From assembly GCA_902789415.1 (NCBI GenBank), contig CADAOD010000021.1, forward strand, positions 5,030 to 69,029: DNA of 64,000 nt. Reading direction: 5' to 3'. Within the stretch, counting starts at the first letter, position 1. Each line of letters opens with the position of its first letter. Below the pieces are notes generated by a model. That model was not told the DNA's origin and made no database searches. It saw nothing but the letters and a program-made list of their open reading frames with translations. The position numbers and the translations under genes are program-made. Origin of the DNA: an uncultured Prevotellaceae bacterium. GTDB taxonomy: Bacteria; Bacteroidota; Bacteroidia; Bacteroidales; Bacteroidaceae. Below, one piece after another: positions 57,019-64,000 of this stretch.

Positions 57019-58083
57019 ATGGAATTAGAATTATCACCATTGAATTTACCAAGTGACAACGAACGTCCCTTTGTGATTGCAGGACCTTGTAGTGCTGAGA
57101 CCGAGGAACAAGTGATGACAACCGCTAAGCAGCTGGCTATGAAGGGCTGCCACAACTTCCGCGCTGGTGTGTGGAAACCCCGTACCAAGCCCGGTGGCTT
57201 TGAAGGTCATGGCGAGCCCGCTCTGGTATGGCTGGAGCAGGTAAAGAAGGAAACCAAGATGCTGGTATCTACCGAGGTGGCTACACCTGAGCACGTAGAG
57301 TTGTGCCTGAAGCACGGTGTAGATATCCTGTGGATTGGTGCCCGTACATCGGCCAACCCCTTTGCCATGCAGGCTATTGCCGACTCGCTGAAGGGTGTGG
57401 ATATCCCCGTGTTTGTAAAGAACCCCGTGAACCCCGATCTGGAGCTTTGGATTGGTGCCTTGGAGCGTATCAACCAGGCTGGCGTAAAGCGTCTGGGAGC
57501 TATCCATCGTGGTTTCTCAAGCTACGAACAAAAGATTTACCGTAACGCACCTATGTGGCAGATTCCTATCGAGTTACGTCGCCGTATTCCTGAGCTGCCT
57601 ATCATCAGCGACCCAAGTCACATTGGTGGTCGCCGCGAGCTGATTGCACCTCTGTGCCAGCAGGCTATGGACCTTGGTTTCGACGGTCTGATTGTGGAGA
57701 GCCACTGCGATCCTGACAAGGCTTGGAGCGATGCCAAGCAGCAGGTAACACCAGATGTACTTGACTACATTCTGAGCTTGTTGGTTATCCGCGACGAGAA
57801 GACCACTACCGAGGGTATCACCCAGTTGCGTAAGCAGATTGACGAGCTTGACAACCAGTTGATGGAGCTGTTGGCAAAGCGCATGCGCGTGTGCCGTGAG
57901 ATTGGTCAGTACAAGAAGGAGCACAACATGACGGTACTACAGGCCAACCGCTACAACGAAATTCTGAACAAGCGTGGTGCCCAGGGCTCGCTGTGCGGTA
58001 TGGACCCAGAGTTTGTAGCACACGTATTCGAGAATATCCACGAAGAGAGCGTTCGCCAGCAGATTGAAATAATAAATAAGTAA
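57019..58083 (+). CDS. Bifunctional DAHP synthase / chorismate mutase
   Basis: IAGPCSAE, RAGVWKPRT, WIGAR, DPSH; C-terminal CM domain LRKQIDELD. Confidence 0.93.
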   Translation: MELELSPLNLPSDNERPFVIAGPCSAETEEQVMTTAKQLAMKGCHNFRAGVWKPRTKPGGFEGHGEPALVWLEQVKKETKMLVSTEVATPEHVELCLKHGVDILWIGARTSANPFAMQAIADSLKGVDIPVFVKNPVNPDLELWIGALERINQAGVKRLGAIHRGFSSYEQKIYRNAPMWQIPIELRRRIPELPIISDPSHIGGRRELIAPLCQQAMDLGFDGLIVESHCDPDKAWSDAKQQVTPDVLDYILSLLVIRDEKTTTEGITQLRKQIDELDNQLMELLAKRMRVCREIGQYKKEHNMTVLQANRYNEILNKRGAQGSLCGMDPEFVAHVFENIHEESVRQQIEIINK

Positions 58084-58105
58084 TTCGTGCCAAAATAAAA
58101 AAGCA

Positions 58106-58900
58106 ATGAAAATATTAGTAATGGGTGCAGGAAAGATGGGATCGTTCTTCATCGACCTGCTGAGTTTTGACAACGAAGTGGCTGTGTTTGAGCGCGATCC
58201 CAAACGCATGCGATTTACATACAACTGTCAGCGTTTTACCACCTACGATGAGATAAAGGAATTTAAGCCCGAACTGCTCATCAATGCGGTAACGCTGAAG
58301 TACACCATACCCGTGTTTAAAGAGGTGATACCTTACCTGCCTAAGGAGTGCATTATCAGCGATATTGCCAGCGTAAAGACCGACCTGAAGGAGTTTTACG
58401 AGCAGACAGGCATGCGCTACGTTTCTACACACCCCATGTTTGGTCCTACCTTTGCCAACCTGCAACAGTTGAGCGAGGAGAATGCCATCATTATCCAGGA
58501 GGGCGACACACTGGGACGCTGCTTCTTTAAGGATTTGTACAGCAAGTTAGGCTTGAACATCTACGAGTACACCTTCGAGGAGCACGATAAAACAGTGGCT
58601 TACTCGCTGAGTATTCCATTCGTATCAACGTTTGTGTTTGCCGCTGTGATGAAGCATCAGGATGCACCAGGTACCACTTTTAAGCGCCACATGCGTATAG
58701 CCAAAGGTGTGCTGAACGAGGACGACTACCTGCTGCAGGAAATCTTGTTCAACCCCTACACGCACGACCAGGTGGCACAGATTCGTACCGAGCTGAAGGA
58801 GCTGCTGGAGATTATCGACAATAAGGATGCCGATGGTATGGGTCGGTATCTTACCAAAATTCGAAATAACGTAAGGCGCGACATCGAGATTAAACGCTGA
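58106..58900 (+). CDS. Prephenate dehydrogenase
   Basis: GAGKMG Rossmann fold, DIASVK, THPMFGP. Confidence 0.9.
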   Translation: MKILVMGAGKMGSFFIDLLSFDNEVAVFERDPKRMRFTYNCQRFTTYDEIKEFKPELLINAVTLKYTIPVFKEVIPYLPKECIISDIASVKTDLKEFYEQTGMRYVSTHPMFGPTFANLQQLSEENAIIIQEGDTLGRCFFKDLYSKLGLNIYEYTFEEHDKTVAYSLSIPFVSTFVFAAVMKHQDAPGTTFKRHMRIAKGVLNEDDYLLQEILFNPYTHDQVAQIRTELKELLEIIDNKDADGMGRYLTKIRNNVRRDIEIKR

Positions 58901-59017
58901 TACTTTTTTATCAGTTTCGAATATCTGTTGGTAAGATTGACAGAAAAATAAAACGAAAGTTTGCAGGCTGTGATTCTTTTTTGTATTTTTGCGCAAAAAT
59001 CAGAATCACAGCTTTTT

Positions 59018-62000
59018 ATGAAGTATCTTGCAACCTTTTTATCGTGTATCAACTTGTGTGCTGTAGCTGCACCACAAGGCAATGATTACACGCGTGGCAT
59101 CGGACGTTATCCGGGTGCCCCCAGTGAGTATTATGCACCTGCACTGAGTTGGGTGGATAATGGTAATAAACTTACAAATGTGGCTCGCCATCGTGCGGCT
59201 TGGGCATCGTCGACTATCGATTACAACCTGACAGCGCACTTAGTAACTGATGGTATCTGCGACACGGCCGAACCCATCATGCTGAAGGTATCGACCCAGG
59301 ATGGGGTGCTGCCCCGAAAGGAGGCAGAGTGGGCCATTGATGGTGGTATCTACTCGAAGAACATCCTGATGGGCGAGAAGACCTGGCTGCAGTACGACTA
59401 CAGTGGCGCTATGAAGATAAAAGCCGCCGGGGTGCGTGTGGCAGGTATGATGGCCTATAACGACCAGTTGGCTACCGAGGGCTACAGCATTCGTTGCGAG
59501 GCTTCGGAAAATGGCAAGGACTGGCGTGTGGTTGGCGAGCTGAAGGGCGACAAACTGCCAGGCAAACCACTGTATTATAAGTTGCATTCCGACCCTAATA
59601 AGCAGACCGAGGAGAGTCTGTTGCCAGCCCGCCAGTTAGACGAGATTATCAAATTCAAGACGCCTGTAAACACCCAGCACCTGCGTGTGGTAATGGATAT
59701 GACGGGTGCAGCCCACTGGGACGTGTACGAGTTGCAGTTCCAGAATGCCATTGGCGAGTACGTAGAGCTGTTGCCATCGCAGCAGTTCAGCAGCGTGTGG
59801 ATGAGCGATGGTGGTGGCGAGCAATGGATATACACCGATTTGGGTAAGAGTCTGCCCATCCAGCAAATCCAGTTGGATTGGCTATATGCCCCCAAAAAAG
59901 GCATCATCCAGATATCCGACGATGCCCAAACCTGGAAGAACATCGCAGATATAAATATTCAATCTTCAATTTTCCGCTCCAGCTTTGCTGGCTTGCAAGG
60001 CAAGAATCTTCAATGTAAAGCCCGCTACGTGCGCTTACTGCTGCAGGAGCCTGGCGAGGCTGGTTGCTATGCCCTGCGCGAGATGGAGGTGCTATCAAAC
60101 CAGAAGCAGGTTTACACCCCGCATGCGTTGGCTGGCATGAAGAACGGACGCTACGAGTTGAGTGGCGGCCTGTGGCAGTTGCAGCGTGCATCGGAGGTGG
60201 ATGCCCGTGGCGAAAAGATTGCATCGGCCGACTATGATAGCCGTAGTTGGGTGCCCGCTACTGTGCCTGGTACCGTATTAGCTTCGTATATGAACATTGG
60301 CGCTGTGCCCGATCCGAACTATGCCGACGATGTGAATCAGATTTCGGAATCGTACTTCCGCTCTAACTTCTGGTATCGCAACGAGTTCGAGGTAAATAGT
60401 ATCGACGGCGAGCAGCAGTGGCTGAACTTTGATGGCATTAACTGGAAGGCAAACGTATATCTTAACGGTCAGCGCTTAGGGCGTATCGAGGGCGCCTTTT
60501 TGCGTGGCAAGTTCAACGTTACCGGACTTCTGCGTAAGGGTAAGAACTACCTGGCAGTAGAAGTGGAGTGCAACAAGTACTTTGGTGCCGTAAAGGAGAA
60601 GGACCGCAATACCACCCAGCTGAATGGTGGACTGCTTGGTGCCGATAATCCTACTTTCCACGCTACGATTGGTTGGGACTGGATTACCACCGTGCGTGGT
60701 CGCGAGGTGGGTATCTGGAACGAGGTTTATCTCACCTCTACTGGTAATGTTACTGTGAGCGATCCATACGTGAACACCAAGTTGGCTGCCGACGGAAAGA
60801 CAGCCAGTGTTAAGCCCGCTGTGTTTGTACGTAACAACGATAACAAGCCTGTTACCGGTACCCTGAAGGGCTGGATTGGCGACGTGAAGTTCGAGAAGCA
60901 GCTCACACTGCCAGCTAATACTGAGCAGGAGGTAAGCTTCTGTCCGCATTGCAACAAGCAGTTGACGAGCAGCGACTTTAAGTTGTGGTGGCCTAATGGC
61001 TATGGCGAGCCTTATCTGTACCAGGCTGGCTTTACCTTTACACCCGATAACGGCCAGGCTACCACCATTAACTATCAGGCTGGTATCCGCGAGATGAAGT
61101 ACGAGGGACTGAAGGATTCGCTCATCATGTATATCAATGGTCGCCGCTTTATTCCATTAGGTGGTAACTGGGGATTTGACGAGCATAACCTCTTATATCG
61201 CTCGCGTGAGTACGATATTGCTGTGGGCTACCACAAGCAGATGAACTGCACCATGATACGTAACTGGGTGGGCCAGATTGGCGACGAGGCTTTCTACGAG
61301 GCTTGCGATAAGCATGGTATCATGGTATGGCAGGACTTCTGGTTGGCTAACCCTGCCGACGGACCTGATCCTCACGACGATGTGCTGTTCCTGAGCAATG
61401 CGCAGGATTATCTGCGCCGTATCCGCAGTCATGCCAGCATTGGTATCTGGGTAGGACGTAACGAGGGATTCCCTCCCGAGGCTATCGATCGTAAGTTGCG
61501 CGAGTATGTACACACCCTGTCGCCTGGATTGGAGTTTATCTCAAGCTCGGCCGATGATGGTGTAACGGGTCACGGTCCGTACTGGGCACTGCCTATGAAG
61601 GAGTACTTTGCGCGTCAGAGTGGAAAGATTCACACCGAGCGTGGTATGCCTAACGTGATGAATATCGAGAGTTTGAAGCGTACGTTGAGTCCCGATTCGC
61701 TCTGGCCACAGAGTGTACAGTGGGGTATGCACGATTACACCCTGTTAGGTGCCCAGCGTGCCCGCGAGTTTAACGGACTGGTTGAAGAGGGACTTGGCAA
61801 GGCTACCAGTGCCGAGGAGTTTACCCGTTGGGCTCAGCTTATTAACTACAACGGCTATCGTGGCATGTACGAGAGTACCAGCAAAAGTAGGGCAGGACTG
61901 CTCATCTGGATGAGTCATGCTTGCTGGCCATCGATGGTTTGGCAGACTTACGATTACTATTTCGAACCCACAGCGGCTTACTTTGGTGTGAAGAAGGCTT

Positions 62001-62578
62001 GCGAGCCCTTGCACATACAGTATAATGCCCTGACCGACAGCGTTGAGGTGGTGAACCACTCGGCAGGCAACGTATTAGGCATCACCGCTACCGTAGCTGT
62101 TTACAATTTGGATGGTAAGAAGGTGCGCCAGCAGAAACTTCGACTGAATAGCAACGAGGATACTACCAAGGCTATCCTGAAGTTAGCTAAATTGCAGCCA
62201 CAGGCACCATCGGATGTATGGTTCTTGCGTTTGACACTGGCCGATAAACGTGGTGTGATTTCGGAGAACGAGTATATCATGGGCAAAGAGGAGAACAATT
62301 TCCGTGCCCTGAATACGCTGCCAAAACCTGCGTTGCAGCAGAACGTAAAGATAACGGGTACCAAGGCTGTTGTAACGCTGAAGAACGTGGGTAAGAGCGT
62401 AGCACCATTCCTGCGCATCAATCTGAAGGGTGCCGATGCCGAGCAGATTCTGCCGGTTATCTACAGCGATAACTACTTTACCTTGATGCCTGGCGAACAG
62501 AAGGTGGTTACCATCGAATGGAAAGCCGAAGATAGTAGAGGGCAGGCGCCTGTGATTGAGGTTAAGCCGATTAATTAA
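59018..62578 (+). CDS. GH2 glycoside hydrolase (beta-mannosidase/exo-glucosaminidase-like) with discoidin domains (start moved to ATG 59018)
   Basis: Signal peptide; FDGINWKANVYLNG, GGNWG, MIRNWVG, GIMVWQDF, SHASIGIWVGRNE, HTERG. Confidence 0.85.
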   Translation: MKYLATFLSCINLCAVAAPQGNDYTRGIGRYPGAPSEYYAPALSWVDNGNKLTNVARHRAAWASSTIDYNLTAHLVTDGICDTAEPIMLKVSTQDGVLPRKEAEWAIDGGIYSKNILMGEKTWLQYDYSGAMKIKAAGVRVAGMMAYNDQLATEGYSIRCEASENGKDWRVVGELKGDKLPGKPLYYKLHSDPNKQTEESLLPARQLDEIIKFKTPVNTQHLRVVMDMTGAAHWDVYELQFQNAIGEYVELLPSQQFSSVWMSDGGGEQWIYTDLGKSLPIQQIQLDWLYAPKKGIIQISDDAQTWKNIADINIQSSIFRSSFAGLQGKNLQCKARYVRLLLQEPGEAGCYALREMEVLSNQKQVYTPHALAGMKNGRYELSGGLWQLQRASEVDARGEKIASADYDSRSWVPATVPGTVLASYMNIGAVPDPNYADDVNQISESYFRSNFWYRNEFEVNSIDGEQQWLNFDGINWKANVYLNGQRLGRIEGAFLRGKFNVTGLLRKGKNYLAVEVECNKYFGAVKEKDRNTTQLNGGLLGADNPTFHATIGWDWITTVRGREVGIWNEVYLTSTGNVTVSDPYVNTKLAADGKTASVKPAVFVRNNDNKPVTGTLKGWIGDVKFEKQLTLPANTEQEVSFCPHCNKQLTSSDFKLWWPNGYGEPYLYQAGFTFTPDNGQATTINYQAGIREMKYEGLKDSLIMYINGRRFIPLGGNWGFDEHNLLYRSREYDIAVGYHKQMNCTMIRNWVGQIGDEAFYEACDKHGIMVWQDFWLANPADGPDPHDDVLFLSNAQDYLRRIRSHASIGIWVGRNEGFPPEAIDRKLREYVHTLSPGLEFISSSADDGVTGHGPYWALPMKEYFARQSGKIHTERGMPNVMNIESLKRTLSPDSLWPQSVQWGMHDYTLLGAQRAREFNGLVEEGLGKATSAEEFTRWAQLINYNGYRGMYESTSKSRAGLLIWMSHACWPSMVWQTYDYYFEPTAAYFGVKKACEPLHIQYNALTDSVEVVNHSAGNVLGITATVAVYNLDGKKVRQQKLRLNSNEDTTKAILKLAKLQPQAPSDVWFLRLTLADKRGVISENEYIMGKEENNFRALNTLPKPALQQNVKITGTKAVVTLKNVGKSVAPFLRINLKGADAEQILPVIYSDNYFTLMPGEQKVVTIEWKAEDSRGQAPVIEVKPIN

Positions 62579-62589
62579 AGTCGATAAAT

Positions 62590-62632
62590 AAAAAAGAAAT
62601 CTCCTCCAGTTTGCTTGGAGGAGATTTTTTTT
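62590..62632. terminator. Bidirectional terminator
   Basis: AAATCTCCTCCA/TGGAGGAGATTT flanked by A and T runs. Confidence 0.85.
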
Positions 62633-62635
62633 GTG

Positions 62636-64000
62636 TTAGAACTGCCAGCGACTGGGTAGCTGTCGCTCGGGCCATAGGTGCTTGGCGTATTTGTAGTTGT
62701 ACTTCTCGAAGAGTGAAGTGAATCGTGTAAGGCGCTCCTTAAAGGCCTCGTAATTCTTTTGCTCGGGCTGTGTCCAAAGCACTTCGGCTAAGGCCGACAT
62801 GCGGGGCAGTGCCTGATATTCAACCATTCCCTCGGTAAAGATATACTCGGTCCAGATATTTGCCTGTCCGCCCAGGATATGCTTGCGAGCTTCGGCAGGA
62901 ATGCTATCGGGAGCGGGATCGAGCGAGTAAACCTTTTCTACAGGAATATAGCCGCTGCAGCGACTGGGCTCGTGCTCGGGCTCCTGACTTTGCTGGTAGT
63001 CGAAGTAAACATGCGTTGTAGGCGACATTACCACGTCGTGACCTGTCTTGGCTGCCTGTGCTCCAGGGGCGGTGCCGCGCCACGACATAATCATGGCATC
63101 GGCCGGACTGCCTTCCAGAATCTCGTCCCAACCCAATACACGGCGGTGATGAGCGGTGATGAAATCGAACACACGTTTGGTAAAGTAACCTTGGTAGGTA
63201 GTGCCGCTCAGGTTGAGTGCATTGCATTTTGCGCAGTGCTCCCACTTCTCGGTAGGTGCCTCGTCGCCACCGATATGAATCACCTCGGATGGGAAGATGT
63301 CCATAATCTCAGCCAGTACACCCTCTACAAACTCGTAAACCTTAGGATTACCTACGCACAGCACATCCTTATAAACACCCCAATAATGGCCCACCTGGTA
63401 AGGACCGCCTGTGCAGCCCAGTTCGGGATAACAAGTCAGTGCTGCCAGCATGTGTCCGGGCATGTCGATCTCAGGAACTACGGTGATGTGACGCTGCTGA
63501 GCGTATTTTACAATGTCGCGAGCCTCCTGCTGGGTGTAGAATCCACCATGGGGGATGCCATCATCCAAATCGGAGTTTGTGCCTAAAGTGGTACCCGAAC
63601 GCTGCGAACCGATGGTGGTGAGTTCGGGATACTTTTTGATTTCGATACGCCAACCCTGATCGTCGGTAAGATGCCAGTGGAAGGTGTTCATGTTGTGCAT
63701 GGCTAGCAGGTCGATGAACTTCTTCACAAAATCCACGCTCCAGAAGTGGCGCGAGCAGTCGAGATGCATGCCTCGCCACGAGAATCGGGGTGTGTCCGTG
63801 ATGGTGGCTGCAGGCAGACTGGCTCCTGTGTGCTTGCCGCACTTGCAGGCGATAGGCAACGACTTGCGCAGGGTCTGGATGCCATAGAACACACCAGCAG
63901 CGGTGCCGCCCTGGATGGTAACACCCTTCTGGTTGATGGTCATCACGTAACCCTCGGTAGCAGTAACCTTAGGCGATACGGCCAACTCGATATAGCGCAC
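62636..64000 (-). CDS. GH20 beta-N-acetylhexosaminidase (5' truncated by window)
   Basis: RGMHLDCSRHF, HWHLTDDQGWR, PEIDMPGH, HIGGDE, GGQANIWTEY. Confidence 0.95.
   Translation of the reverse strand: MRYIELAVSPKVTATEGYVMTINQKGVTIQGGTAAGVFYGIQTLRKSLPIACKCGKHTGASLPAATITDTPRFSWRGMHLDCSRHFWSVDFVKKFIDLLAMHNMNTFHWHLTDDQGWRIEIKKYPELTTIGSQRSGTTLGTNSDLDDGIPHGGFYTQQEARDIVKYAQQRHITVVPEIDMPGHMLAALTCYPELGCTGGPYQVGHYWGVYKDVLCVGNPKVYEFVEGVLAEIMDIFPSEVIHIGGDEAPTEKWEHCAKCNALNLSGTTYQGYFTKRVFDFITAHHRRVLGWDEILEGSPADAMIMSWRGTAPGAQAAKTGHDVVMSPTTHVYFDYQQSQEPEHEPSRCSGYIPVEKVYSLDPAPDSIPAEARKHILGGQANIWTEYIFTEGMVEYQALPRMSALAEVLWTQPEQKNYEAFKERLTRFTSLFEKYNYKYAKHLWPERQLPSRWQF

Noticed and set aside
348-64000. Numerous antisense or alternate-frame ORFs over core genes
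   Set aside because: Fully overlapped by well-supported genes and lacking motifs

Overview
Bacteroidota chromosome segment. Gene order, codon style and TAnnTTTG promoter boxes suggest Prevotellaceae (inference). Bases 1-20971 are core genes: map (partial), tsaD, CinA, a 5'-truncated rpmB, rpmG, ftsY, rimO, two HU-family genes, a MoxR-DUF58-Bat cluster, PAP2, queA, OmpH, pepD, tRNA-Ser(GCT) and two identical tRNA-Glu(CTC). Bases 20958-54518 are a ~33.5 kb integrated element flanked by a 15-bp direct repeat of the tRNA-Glu 3' end. It encodes a tyrosine integrase with arm-type sites, a 6-iteron origin with Rep, DnaB and ParA, a MOBP relaxase with MobC and a candidate oriT, an MmeI-like RM enzyme, SSB, and only a few conjugation-associated proteins (no VirB4 and no intact coupling ATPase recognised). 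It therefore looks like a mobilisable, helper-dependent element. The right flank is core again: a Tyr/Phe attenuated aromatic amino-acid operon, a GH2 and a partial GH20. The strongest unexplained signals are all in the element: (1) a ~1.17 kb densely base-paired region (40128-41297) without a credible ORF, built from duplicated and circularly permuted motifs with compensatory changes; (2) a 20-bp box exactly 59 bp upstream of five promoters; (3) a stand-alone coupling-protein all-alpha domain; (4) two long hairpins resembling ssDNA promoters in the leading region; (5) a P4-CI/C4-like antisense triad; (6) a discrete ~185-nt sRNA. Family names come from recalled motifs, not database searches.
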